Assembly (NCBI RefSeq): GCF_902713615.1
Contig: NC_052151.1
Coordinates: 201,589,703-201,653,702, forward strand
Length of the DNA stretch: 64,000 nt
Direction of reading: 5' to 3'
From: Scyliorhinus canicula
Taxonomy: Eukaryota
Notes under the pieces: generated by a model
Told to the model about the DNA's origin: nothing
The model's input: only the letters and a program-made list of their open reading frames with translations
Database searches by the model: none
Made by a program: the position numbers and the translations under genes
Shown here: one piece after another, positions 1 through 12,178 of the stretch
Layout of the letters: each line of letters opens with the position of its first letter
Position numbering within the stretch: position 1 is the first letter of the stretch

Positions 1-930
1 CCCATCTCTGCAAACCCCTCCAGCACCTGGAATCCACCCTAATGTGTAACCTACAGCCCCAACAGCCCTCTCAATCTGTAATCTCCTTCAGCCCCTACAA
101 CCCTCCCAATCTCTGTAATCTCCTTCAACCCCTACATCCCTCCTATCTCTGTAACCTCCTCCAGCCCCTACAGCCCTCCCTCCCTATCTCTGTAACCTCC
201 TCCAGCTTCTACAACCCTCCCTATCTCTGTAACCTTGTCCAGCCCCTACAACCCTCCCTATCTTTGTAACCTCCTTCAGCCCCTACAACCCTCCCAATCT
301 CTGTAACCTCCTCCATCCCCAACAACCCTCCCTATGTCTGTAACCTCCTCCAGTCCCTACAACCCTCCCTATCTCTGTAACCTCCTCCAGCCCCTACAAA
401 CCTCCCAATTTCTGTAACCTCCTCCATCCCCAACAACCCTCCCAATCTCTGTAACCTCCTCCATCCCCAACAACCCTCCCTATGTCTGTAACCTCCTCCA
501 GTCCCTACAACCCTCCCTATCTCTGTAACCTCCTCCAGCCCCTACAAACCTCCCAATCTCTGTAACCTCCTCCAGCCCCCGAGAACCCTCCCTATCTCTG
601 CAACCTCCCCCAGCCCCTACAACCCTCCCAATCTCTGTAACCTCCTCCATCCCCAACAACCCTCCCTATGTCTGTAACCTCCTCCAGTCCCTACAACCCT
701 CCCTATCTCTGTAACCTCCTCCAGCCCCTACAAACCTCCCAATCTCTGTAACCTCCTCCATCCCCAACAGCCCTCCCTATCTCTGTAACCTCCCCCAGCC
801 CCGACAACCCTCCCTATCTCTGTAACCTCCTCCAGCCCCTCCAACCCTCCCTAACTCTTTAACCACCTCCAGCCCTACACCCCTTTCCTCTGTAACCTCC
901 ACCTGTCTCTTAAACCCTCCCTATCTCTGA
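1..930 (+). repeat. ~37-bp C-rich minisatellite (ctctgtaacctcctccagcccctacaaccctccctat)
   Basis: Unit visibly reiterated from the window start to about 930. Confidence 0.95.
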
Positions 931-949
931 AAACTCCGATCGCCATGAC

Positions 950-1150
950 AACCCCTCAAGATTTCTGCCCTCCTCCACTTCTGGTGTGTTAAACATCCGC
1001 CACTGCCAGTGGAACTACATAAGCGCTGGAAATCCCTCCCTACATCTCCGAGCCTCGTTCTCTCTCTCTCCACCTTTAAGATGCTCCTGAAATGCTCCCT
1101 CTTTCCCAGAGCCTGCGGTCAAGCTTCCCTACTATCTCTTCCTGTGGCTC
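950..1150 (+). mobile_element. Decayed L2-like LINE 3' remnant
   Basis: tccctccctacatctccgagcctc...ctctccacctttaagatgctcctgaaa resembles L2 3' ends as recalled; continuous with the minisatellite. Confidence 0.45.
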
Positions 1151-1226
1151 CTCTGGTGAAATATTTTGGTATTCTCAGGGTTCTATCTAATTATTGTTGT
1201 TGCTGTTTCATTTTCCAAATACTCAC

Positions 1227-1259
1227 TCTGCGCATCAAATCTTTTGAAGTGCACAGCAA
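1227..1259 (-). CDS. Candidate 33-nt cytoplasmic micro-exon of copy A
   Basis: Polypyrimidine acceptor cattttcttccactttctacgatgcag and GTGAGT donor. Phase 1-1, (V)AVHFKRFDAQ, compatible with the TM exon frame. No transcript evidence. Confidence 0.4.
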
Positions 1260-1952
1260 CTGCATCGTAGAAAGTGGAAGAAAATGCTCCTTCTCTCCAT
1301 CGAGCACATTCCACACCCGCCTGCCTAAAGACGGGTGTTCTGCTCTTTATATTGACCATCAACTCAGTGAAAGACACTGGCGCCTCCCAATGCCCAGCCC
1401 TACATGGCGAGAGACGCACTAAAGCTCGGGGCAGCTGCCACGAAGGTGTGAGGGGCAAAGTCACCGTCTAGAAGCCTTTTGGGCACCGCACACAGTTCCG
1501 GTCTCCATGGGTTTTGGAAACTGTGTGAAACCCCCTCATACACTTGTGATGGAATGTCGTCCGCGGATCCCTGTGAAATTGCACGGAGACAACGGAGAGA
1601 GGGAAGTGAGCAAAATACTGCCGATTCTGGAATCTGAGACAAGAACAGAGGATGTCGGAAAAACTCAGCAGGTCCGGCGGCATCTTTCAGGACAGAAACA
1701 GAATTAATGTTTCAAGTCTGTGATGAATGTAGGAATTTCAGACCTATTGCATTGTCTGTATTTGCTGCAGTAAAGGTTAAAAGCCTGGGTTAGTGTGTGT
1801 GACTGCTGCAGTCATGTTTTTCCAAATTCTGGTTTGCAAGTCAGCTCGGCTTTTTTGCCATGAGGTGAAATTTAAGCATCGTAAAAGTTTGGACTAATGG
1901 ATTTTTATTTATGTGCAGTGGGTTCCCTGCAGAGTAGTTAATTAGAGACAAT

Positions 1953-2688
1953 GGGCGAGATTCTCCGACCCGTGTCGGAGAATCGCCCGGGGCCGGCATC
2001 AATCCCTCCCCCGCTATGTCCCAAATTCTCTGCCACCAGAAATTCGGCGGGGGCGGCAATCCCGCGGGGGCGGGATTCGCGCCGCGCCGGTCGGCGGGCC
2101 CCCCCCCCCCCGCGGCGATTCTCCGGCCCGTGTTGGGCCGAAGTCCCGCCGCTGTCAGGCCTCTCCCACCGGCGGGAATCAAAACACCTACCTGACCGGC
2201 GGGATTGGCGGCGCGGGCGGGCTCCGGGGTCCTGGGAGGGGCGCAGCGCGACCTGGCCCCAAGGGGTGCCCCCACGGTGGCCTGGCCCGCGATCAGGGCC
2301 TACTGATCTGCGGGCGGGCCTGTGCCGTGGGGGCACTCTTTTTCTTCCGCCTTTGCCATGGTCTTCACCATGGTGGAGGCGGAAGAGACCCCCTCCCCTG
2401 CGCATGCGCCGGGATGATGTCAGCAGCCGCTGACGCTCCGGCGCTTGCACGGACTTACCCCGGCCGGCGAGGTCCTTTCGGCCCCCGCTGGCTTGGCGCC
2501 AAAGGCCGTTCACGCCAGCGGGCGGAGCGGGAACCACTCCGGCTGGAGCCTAGCCCCTCAAGGTGAGGGCTTGGCCCCTAAAGGTGCGGAGACATCCGCA
2601 CCTTTGGGGCGGCCCGACGCCGGAGTGGTTCACGCCACTCCATGATGCTGGGACCCCCGCCCGGCCGGGTAGAGGAGAATCCCAGCCC
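1953..2688. mobile_element. GC-rich MITE-like insertion inside the 5' LTR
   Basis: Imperfect terminal inverted repeats gggcgagattctcc / ggagaatcccagccc, abrupt GC shift, no coding signal. Confidence 0.6.
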
Positions 2689-3416
2689 TTGTGTTCAACT
2701 CAGCAAGATGATGTATTTAATGGGAGGAGCAGGGGTTGAAGCAGTCAGGTGTTGATATCCAGCAATTTAATTTTGGCTGGGAGGCTTCTGAAGAAATAGA
2801 ACCAGAGATTCTGCCTAGTTCTGACAGGATGTCAGGTCTCTTTCTTTTAAGCATCTCAAAGGACCTCTCTCTTTCTCAAAATGGAGAATTCAAGACATCT
2901 CAGTGCAGCTAGTATTTCTGAGTGTAATAAAGTTTGTTTTAATGTACCATATCCCCGTTTCTTTGTGAAATCACACCTGGCAGGAGGTGTCCTTTCCAGT
3001 CTTACAAAATTACAATAAATATTGGGGTTTCTGTCCAGTATCCTGTTCACTGTTGGGGTCTGGCCCGTGATTGTCATAAAACTGGGGCTCTTTACTGGGA
3101 TTTAAAAGTACAATTCCTTGTTTGGCTTGGGTGTGAGTGTGTGAGGAATGGATGCTTTCTTTCAGGTGGCACAATTTAAATAGGGAAAGACTGGAGATGG
3201 TTCTTTCAGTGGCAAAAGGTGCTCTTGGTGTGGAAGAGGTGATTTGGGCTGGTTTGCAAAGGCTGATGAAAACTAAAATTTTTGGTTTGGTGGACAAGTC
3301 TGTCTGAAGGGGTGAGTAAGATGGAGATGATACAAACTATAGCTCAGCATTCAAACTTGCCAGGGATACAGCCTGAATCATTGGAATTAGTTAGAATTCA
3401 ATTACAAATGAAACAT

Positions 3417-3756
3417 GGCAGCACGGTAGCATGGTGGTTAGCATAAATGCTTCACAGCTCCAGGATCCCAGGTTCGATTCCCGGCTGGGTCACTGTCTGT
3501 GCAGAGTCTGCACGTCCACCCCGTGTGTGCGTGGGTTTCCTCCGGGTGCTCCGGTTTCCTCCCACAGTCCAAAGATGTGCTTGTTAGGTGGATTGGCCAT
3601 GCTAAATTGCCCGTAGTGTCCTAAAGGTTACGGGGGGGGGGGTTGTTGGGTTACGGGTAGAGGGTGGATATGTGGGTTTGAGTAGGGTGATCATTGCACG
3701 GCACAACATCGAGGGCCAAAGGGCCTGTTCTGTGCTGTATTGTTCTATGTTCTATG
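3417..3756 (+). mobile_element. V-SINE/HE1-like SINE inserted in gag
   Basis: tRNA-like head ggcagcacggtagcatggtggttagc, V-domain gggtttcctccgggtgctccggtttcctcccaca, CR1-type tail ending (ttctatg)2. Confidence 0.9.
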
Positions 3757-3927
3757 AGAGAGTCAGGAAAAGAAAAGGAGAGAGTGTCTGTGGCAGAAGA
3801 AAAAGAAAGAGGTAGAATTGGAATGATTGGCAAAGGAAGAAAGGGAGAAGTAAAAAGAGAGAAAAGCAATGGAAAATGAGAAAGTATTTGAACTTTGGAT
3901 ACTGGAAGTGAAAAAGAACATCAACGG

Positions 3928-4311
3928 TGTCATAATATACACCAGTATATCATGGTGCAGACACACACTGATGGACACACACAGGGACCAATCAACGTGT
4001 ACAAACACCGCAGCCAATCACCAGTTAGAATACACACACTATAAAGGCAGAGGGCACCACGGTTCCCGTTCATTCTGGGTGCTGCCTCTCAGTGTAACAA
4101 GAACTCATCCAGCCCAGCACAGACTCACAACACGTGCTGAGAGAATCAACTGGTTCGGACAAGGCTTAGGTCTCTAGTTTAAGTTAGCATCATTTAGACC
4201 CACAGTCATCGTGTGTTAGTTAGTTCGAAGTAGTTAATAAAATTGAGTAGAACCTTCATCAGTGTTGGAAGTGTCTGTTCATCTCTCAAGTCTACACTAG
4301 CCAACACTTCA
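3928..4311 (+). mobile_element. Solo LTR with 5-bp TSD AACGG
   Basis: TG...CA termini; AACGG at 3923-3927 and 4312-4316; internal TATAAA and AATAAA. Confidence 0.9.
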
Positions 4312-7254
4312 AACGGAAAAGGCTGGAGTAAAGGCAGAAGCTGAGGAAGGTCTCGAGGAAGGAGAAACACGTCCTAGCCAAATGCCCAGTAGGGATATGT
4401 TTAAATATATTCAAGTACTGCCAAGGTTTGATGAGAAATATGTGGAAATGCTTTGTATCAGCTTTGCGAAAGTGGCTAAGCAATTGAATTGTCTAAAGAC
4501 CACATGGGTAGTGTTGGTTGAAACAAAGTTGGTCGGTAGAGCTAGTGAGGTGTTTGCATCACTGTCAGAGGAGGAATCTAGGATTATGATCAGGTGAGAA
4601 AAAACACATTAAGGGCATATGAACTCGTACCAGAAGCCTACAGACAGAGGTTTAGAAAAATAAGGAAAGAACCATGTCAGGCATATACAGAATTTGAATG
4701 AATTGAATAAAGTAAAGAAAAAGAGAAGCGGTGGATGACGTGGGTATCTTTAGTTCAAGAAGGTTAGTAGAATTGCAGCAGAAAGACTCAGAGATAAAGC
4801 AGCTGTATCGGAAATCATATACGGAAATAGAACCTGATTTTATAGCAGCTAGAAATAGTGTATTAATGAAAAAATGGAGAACTTTACATATTCACGCAGA
4901 TGAGAAGTGGACAGATAGTCATCAAGTGGTGTTACCGGTGGGTTATAGAAGGAGGTTAGGCAGGTAGCGCATGAGGCTCCAGTAGGGGGTCATTTAAGAG
5001 TAAGGAAAACTCATGCAAAAATACAGAAATATTTTTATTGGCCTGGACTGCATAAGGATGTAGTTGAATTTTGCTGTACATGTCACACATGTCAGGTGAT
5101 AGGGAAACCTCGGACAAACCAGCACCCTTAATGCCCATTCCAGCATTTGAGTAACATTTTACAAGGGTCCTGACTCAATGCTTGGGACCTCTGACTGAAG
5201 CAAAAAGTGGGAATCAGTATTTGTTGGCCATAATGGATGAAGAAAGATTAAAGCAAAGAGAGTTGTAGAGGAGTTAACTATTTTTTTTTTACCAGATATG
5301 GACAATCAAAAGAAATCTAATCAGAACAGGGATCCAATTTTATGAAGTTATTCAAGGAAGTTAAGGATAGTTTAAGAGTAAAGCAATTTAACTCAACTAT
5401 GTATCATCTGGAATCACAGAGGCCGTTAGAAAGGTGGCATCAAACTTTAAAGACCTTGTTAAGGGCCTATAGTCAGGATTATCCAGAGAATTGGGATAAA
5501 GCATTTGTACTATAAGCAATTAGTGATGCACCTAATGAATCAATTAAATTCAATCCATTCAAATTGAGGTAGAGGACCACTTAAATTGGTCAAACAGAAA
5601 TTGGCGAGTCAGCATTTAGAGATTATGTTGTTGGACTATGGAAACTTTAGGAAGAGATTAACTAGAGCTGGTGAGTTGGCTGGAAAACATTTTAAATTGT
5701 CACAGCATGTGATAAGAAAGAGGTGGATAAGAAATCAAAAATTTGTAGTTTTGTTAGTGGTGAATAAGTATTAGTATTGTTACCAATGGTAGGTGAACCA
5801 TTAAAAGCAAGAGTTTGTGGGATTATCAAATTGAAAGGAAATTGAGTGAAGTAAATTATTTGACAGAAGGAGTGTGTATTGTTAATATGCTCAAAGGCTA
5901 TTTTGATAAAGAAGGAATGAAGGAGGTTGTAACTCAGGGAGAAAGGATAATCCATGTGATTCTGAATTTGACAGTCCTCAAATTAGATTGGACAAAGAGG
6001 AAGTGATAAGAAATTGGGATAAAATACTGAGTTACCTTCCAGAAGAAGATCAAAGTGACCTGAAAGAGTTATTGCAGTCACATAGAGTTGTGTGTGGAAC
6101 TAAATTGAAATATTTAGATTCCGAGAAAAATAACTAACAGGCTTTTCTATGCTTTTGTCGTCTTCCTGTAACAGTACGACACCAACTAAATTGGGAAGTA
6201 CAAAAGTAATTATACATGAGGTAGATATAGGCAATGCTACTCCGATTAAGCAACACCCATGCAGGCTCAATCCACTAAAGTTAACACAGGTACAAACGGA
6301 AATTGAATGATATCATCGATGTGAGTTGCAGCGATTGGAGCTCACCTACTGTGACGGTAGCAAAACTCAATGGAACACAATTGTTTGTGGACTACAGAAA
6401 AGTCAACGCAATTACAAAGTTAAATTCATATCCTATTCCATGTTGGAAGACTATGCTGAAAATGTGGCACAAGTGAATTTTATTCCCACACTTGACTTAA
6501 AGGGCAATTAATGTGAGTGATGTGGGTGTTGGTGCTGTACTGTTACAGGAAGACGACAAAAGAATAGAAAGGCCTGTTAGTTATTTTTCTCAGAATCTAA
6601 ATATTTATCAAACAAAATAGTCAATTTCAACCATCGAGAAGGATACATTGAGTTTGGTAATGGCGTTGCAACATTTTGACATTTATGTTGCTGACAATTC
6701 ATCAGAGACTATTGGATATACAGACCACAATCCATTAAGGTTTTTGGAAAAGTTTAATGCAAGACGTCCGATAAAGTTTATTGCTTCATCCATTTAACTT
6801 AAAAATTATACATGTAGCAGGGAGTGAAAACGTGATTGCTAATGCTTTATGATGATATGAAATATGCGAAGGATGGATCGTTCGAAGGTGGAAAAGAAAG
6901 ATTGACATGGACTGTACTCATGTTTAAGTTTGCATACTTAAATGTAATATGATATGTAACATATGAATTGTTTGTTGTGCTTCGTAATGAGAAATGTTTA
7001 GTGTTTAATGGCTTTGGAAAATGAAGCCATCTTTTTATACTGCTGGTTCATTTTTATTAAGGGGCAGGTGTGATGAATGTCAGAATTATGGATGTATTGT
7101 ATTATAGGTACAGTAAGGGTTAAAAGCCTGTGTATGATAAAATAAATTCCGCATTGCGAGACAGCCAGATATTTTGGGAGTCAGAGGTGCAATTAAAGCA
7201 CCATAAAAGTTTGGGCAAATACTTTTTATTTACATTATGAGGTTCCCTGCATTC

Positions 7255-7627
7255 AATTTTTGTTCTATGCATGGGATGTCGGCGTCGCTGGCTGGACCAG
7301 CATTTGTTGCCCATCTCTAATTGCCCTTGAACTGACCGGCTCGCCCGGCCATTTCAGAGGGCAATTAAGAGTCAACCAAATTGCCGTGGCTCTGGAGTAA
7401 CATGGAGGCCAGACCAGGAATGGGTGGCAGATCTTCTCTTTCGGACATTAGTGAATCAGATGGGTTTATAATCCACAGTGGTTTCATGGTCATCTTCAGA
7501 CTTTTAATTCCAGATTTTTATTCATTTCAAATTTCACCTTCTGCCGTGGTGGGATTTGAACACTGGTCCCCAGAGCATTACCCTGGGCCTCTGAACTAAT
7601 AGTCCAGTGACAATCCCACTACGCCAT
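7255..7627 (-). mobile_element. SacSINE1-like (Deu-domain) SINE
   Basis: The reverse strand gives a tRNA-like head ggcgtagtggg...gttcaaatcccaccacggcag and a Deu-like core; related copies at 8358-8610 and 23350-23673. Confidence 0.75.
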
Positions 7628-8122
7628 GGTCACGCCAATAAATGGAAACTGCTGTCACTGTCCATCACTTGATGTAGAATTAAACAAGGAAACCTGAGTT
7701 TAACAAGTGTTGCTCTGCCCAGGAGATGGAATAGAATCTTTGTGCTGTGGGGATGGGGAGAGGGGGCCGGGGGGGGGGGGGGGGGGGGGGGGGGGGAACG
7801 GTTAACTCCCTTGGCAATTACTCACGTAGTTGTTGGGAATCGTGGGAGCCCGAGGCAGGCGCTGATCAAGCGGAGTCGAATCTGAAACGAGAGAGGTGGA
7901 GAGGTCAAGGGTTGGGATCCCGATGGGGCACAGCTTAATACCCAGCTCAGTGCGACAATTCCCATGTTCACAGCTTGACCATGATAATGACCAGCGATTT
8001 TGAGAGACAAGATGGCCGAATCTAACACACAAAATGGCCGACGGTGACAAGTCGGGTTTTGGTGTCCTGCGACCAATCCCCCTCTCCCTGGCGTACTACC
8101 CAAGATTAAAGTAAACTATTAC

Positions 8123-8248
8123 CTTCTATGTTTCCACGACCTGATTTCTGACATGTTTTCAAACGTAATGCGATGACGATGATGATAATGATGACGATGA
8201 CGGCAATGATGGGGACGATGATGGAGATGATGTTGAACCTAGCCTCTT
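8123..8248 (-). CDS. CD2/SLAM-family receptor copy A, transmembrane exon
   Basis: 126 nt, phase 1-1, tag acceptor and GTAATA donor. Encodes EEARFNIISIIVPIIAVIVIIIIIVIALRLKTCQKSGRGNIE. Homologous to 53390-53536 and lies in a duplicated block. Confidence 0.85.
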
Positions 8249-8357
8249 CTACATGTACAAGACAGGAAATAAAGAGAAGCAATTGCCAAACAGATTCCCA
8301 GTAGACAAGTTACAATATTACCTATAATTTTCTCAGGACCAATTGAAAAAAAAAATC

Positions 8358-8610
8358 TTTGGGGTCTTGGGGGTCACCGGCTGGGCCAGCATTAACAGGC
8401 CATCACAAAAGGCCCTTGACCGGGTAATTGAGAGTCAACCACATTGCTGTGAGTCTGGAGTCACATGTAGGCCAGATGGTAGGAATGGCAGATTTCCTTC
8501 CCTAAAGTACATTAGTGAACCAGATGGGTTTTTACCACAATCGGCAATGGTTTCATGGTCACCATTTGACTTTTCATTACAGATTTTTATTGAATTTTAA
8601 TTTCATCTGC
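8358..8610 (-). mobile_element. SacSINE1-like SINE fragment
   Basis: Similar to 7255-7627 (gagtcaaccacattgctgtg...catttagtgaaccagatggg type core). Confidence 0.7.
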
Positions 8611-9520
8611 CATAAGAATATAAGAACATAAGAACTAGGAGCAGGAGTAGGCCATCTGGCCCCTCGAGCCTGCTCCGCCATTCAATGAGAGCATGGCTGA
8701 TCTTTTGTGGACTCAGCTCCACTTTCCGGCCCGAACACCATAACCCTTAATCCCTTTATTCTTCAAAAAAACTATCTATCTATCTTAAAAACATTTAATA
8801 AAGGAGCCTCAACTGCTTCACTGGGCAAGGAATTCCAGAGATTCACAACCCTTTGGGTGAAGAAGTTCCTCCTAAACTCAGTCCTAAATCTATTTTCCCT
8901 TATTTTGAGGCTGTGTCCCCCTAGTTCTGCTTTCACCCGCCAGTGGAAACAACTTGCCCGCATCTATCCTATCTATTCCCTTCATAATTTTATATGTTTC
9001 CAAAAGATCCCCCCTCATCCTTCTAAATTCCAACGAGTACAGTCCCAGTCTAATCAACCTCTCCTCATAATCCAACCCCTTCAGCTCTGGGATTAACCTA
9101 GTGAATTTCCTCTGCACACCCTCCAGTGCCTGTACGTCCTTTCTCAGGTAAGGAGACCAAAACTGAACACAATACTCCAGGTGTGGCCTCACTAACACCT
9201 TATACAATTTCAGCATAACCTCCCTAGTCTTAAACTCCATCCCTCTACCAATGAGGGACAAAATTCCATTCGCCTTCTTAATCACCTGTTGCACCTATAA
9301 ACCAACGTTTTGTGACTCATGCGCTAGCACACCCAGGTCTCTCTGCACAGCGGCACGTTTTAATATTTTATCATTTATATAATAATCCCTTTTGCTGTTA
9401 TTCCTTAAAAAATGGATAACCTCACATTTGTCAACATTGTATTCCATCTGCCAGACCCCAGCCCATTCACTTTACCTATCCAAATCCCTCTGCAGACTTC
9501 AAGTATCCCCTGTACATTTT
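8611..9520 (-). mobile_element. CR1 LINE 3' fragment
   Basis: ORF2 C-terminus VLVRPHLEYCVQFWSPYLRKD...LGLYSLEFRRMRGDL and a (ttcttat)n 3' tail. Confidence 0.92.
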
Positions 9521-9949
9521 GCTTTGTGGGATTTGAACCTGGGTTCTCGGAGCAATGCCCTGGATCTCTCGTTTACTATTCCAGTGACAATACCACAAGA
9601 CCACAACCTCCCATCAATGGGGTAGAGGAGCACACAGTTCATTGTCTGTAGAAGGGTGATATGGACTTGAAATTATAACTCAGTTTCTCTCTCCACAGAT
9701 GTTGCCAGAGCAGACGGGTTTATCCAGCAGTTTGATTTAATTTCTGATTTCCAGCATCCCAAAGTATTTTGCTTTTATTGACAATGGTAAATATCTTGTT
9801 GATTGAGGCGGTTTGATTACTGATGCACAGATCACTAAAGGTGGTGACACAGGTTACTGAGGGTGTAAGTCAGCAGCAAAGCTTGTCCTGGGCTCCTTTC
9901 TACAGCGTTCAAATTGAAAGGCAGACAATTTAGGTGAAACTTGTATTAA

Positions 9950-11370
9950 ACTTTGGTTACACCACACTAGGTGCACTGTGCACAGTTCTGGTCTCCATAT
10001 CCCTCGGTTAGATCATACTGGGAGCACTGTGCACAGTTCTGGTCTCCATATCCTTTGGCTGGTTCCCACTTGGAGCACTGTGCACAGTTCTGGTCTCCAT
10101 ATCCCTCGGTTAGACCACACTGGGAGCACTGTGCACAGTTCTGGTCTCCATATCCCTCGGTTAGACCACACTGGGAGCACTGTGCACAGTTCTGGTCTCC
10201 ATATCCCTCGGTTAGACCACACTTCAGAGCACTGTGCACAGTTCTGGTCTCCATACCCCTCGGTTAGACCACACTGGGAGCACTGTGCACAGTTCTGGTC
10301 TCCATATCCCTCGGTTAGACCACATTGGGAGCACTGTGCTTAGTTCTGGTCTCCATATCCCTCAGTTAGACCACACTGGGAGCACTGTGCATAGTTCTGG
10401 TCTCCAAAGGGCAGCACGGTAGCATTGTGGATAGCACAATCGCTTCACAGCTCCAGGGTCCGAGGTTCGATTCCGGCTTGGGTCACTGTCTGTGTGGAGT
10501 CTGCACATCCTCCCCGTGTGTGCATGGGAGACCACACTGGGAGCACTGTGCACAGTTCTGGTCTCCATATCCCTCGGTTAGGTCACACTGGGAGCACTGT
10601 GCACAGTTCTGGTCTCCATATCCCTCGGTTAGACCACACTGGGAGCACTGTGCACAGTTCTGGTCTCCATATCCCTCGGTTAGACCACACTGGGAGCACT
10701 GTGCACAGTTCTGGTCTCCATATCCCTCGGTTAGACCACACTGGGAGCACTGTACTCAGTTCTGGTCTCCATATCCCTCGGTTAGACCACATTGGGAGCA
10801 CTGTGCTTAGTTCTGGTCTCCATATCCCTCAGTTAGACCACACTGGGAGCACTGTGCATAGTTCTGGTCTCCAAAGGGCAGCACGGTAGCATTGTGGATA
10901 GCACAATCGCTTCACAGCTCCAGGGTCCCAGGTTCGATTCCGGCTTGGGTCACTGTCTGTGTGGAGTCTGCACATCCTCCCCGTGTGTGCATGGGAGACC
11001 ACACTGGGAGCACTGTGCACAGTTCTGGTCTCCATATCCCTCGGTTAGGTCACACTGGGAGCACTGTGCACAGTTCTGGTCTCCATATCCCTCGGTTAGA
11101 CCACACTGGGAGCACTGTGCACAGTTCTGGTCTCCATATCCCTCGGTTAGACCACACTGGGAGCACTGTGCACAGTTCTGGTCTCCATATCCCTCGGTTA
11201 GACCACACTGGGAGCAATGTGCACAGTTCTGGTCTCCATATCCCTCAGTTAGACCACACTGGGAGCACTGTGCACAGTTCTGGTCTCCATATCCCTCGGT
11301 TAGACCACACTTGAGAGCACTGTACCCAGTTCTGATCTCCATATCCCTCGGTTACACCACACTTTGGAGA
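9950..11370 (+). repeat. 51-bp minisatellite derived from CR1 ORF2, with two embedded SINE heads
   Basis: Unit tgcacagttctggtctccatatccctcggttagaccacactgggagcactg. SINE heads at about 10406-10525 and 10873-10992 are offset by 467 bp. Confidence 0.95.
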
Positions 11371-12178
11371 AAATATCTATTCAGAACAAATGGTCATGTA
11401 CATTTCTCTAGAAAGGAGAAGACTGAGGACTAATCTCATTGTTGTCTTTACAATTATGAATGGCTTTGATGGAGTGAGTGCTTCCTGAGGGGGACCATCA
11501 ATACTAGGGTGCAGAAATAGAAGACAATCACCAATAAATCCAACGGGGAATTCAGGAGAAACGTCTTTACCTAGCAGAAAATAAGATGGTTGTGGAGTTC
11601 AATCATCTCGGCTCCCGGGGTTACCGTTGTCCACGACCTGAACTGGACCATCCATATAAATACTGTGGCTACAGGAACAGGTCAGAGGCTGGGAATCCTG
11701 TGGTGAGTAACTAACCTCCTGACTCCCCAAAGCATGTTCACCATCTACAAGACACAAGTCAGGATGGTGATGGATTACCTGTTAACTTTAGTGTTCAAGG
11801 AAGGTGTTCAAATGCATTGTTAAACAAAGGAACTTATTTATATAAATAAGTAACAAAGTTTAACAGCAGTAACTCAACCGAACTGCAGTAACAGTAATAA
11901 CTATGAAGACAGGAGCGGTAGTAAAACACGTTTGCTTGTAGAACACTCTCTTGCAGAATGCAAAAACCCGCCCACAGCTTGCACGTGCTCAGTACCCTCA
12001 ACAAATGCCAATAAAAAAAAATCAGAGAAGGTTCAACATGACTCTCAGCAACATTTCTTTCCCCTTAAATTTCAATCCTCCTTCAGGACAGAAATGCAAT
12101 AATGTCTTAAACTATACAAAAGGCTTCCCGCAGACTTTGCAGTTGTGACTTATGCGTTAACCACCGGTGAATCTTTTT

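Larger units (their letters stand above)
1719..7132 (+). mobile_element. Degenerate Gmr1-like Ty3/Gypsy LTR retrotransposon
   Basis: 5' LTR about 1719-3078 followed by a tRNA-Pro-like PBS (tggggctc). Gag relic 4380-4700 (LPRFDEK...KLVGRASEVF). Integrase relic 4730-5600 (GHLRVRKT...YFYWPGLHKDVVEFC), then RT 6200-6500 and RNase H 6520-6850. PPT aaggggcagg, then a truncated 3' LTR from 7069 matching the start of the 5' LTR. Many stops and frameshifts. Confidence 0.85.

Noticed and set aside
1841-2645. Overlapping GC-rich ORFs or a CpG-island promoter
   Set aside because: Confined to a TIR-bounded insertion within an LTR; ORFs reflect low stop frequency.
3417-3500. tRNA genes at SINE heads
   Set aside because: They have A/B-box-like motifs but run directly into SINE bodies and lack complete cloverleaves.
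9950-11370. CRISPR-like appearance of regular repeats
   Set aside because: Units are contiguous with no unique spacers, there are no cas genes, and the context is eukaryotic; the unit derives from CR1.
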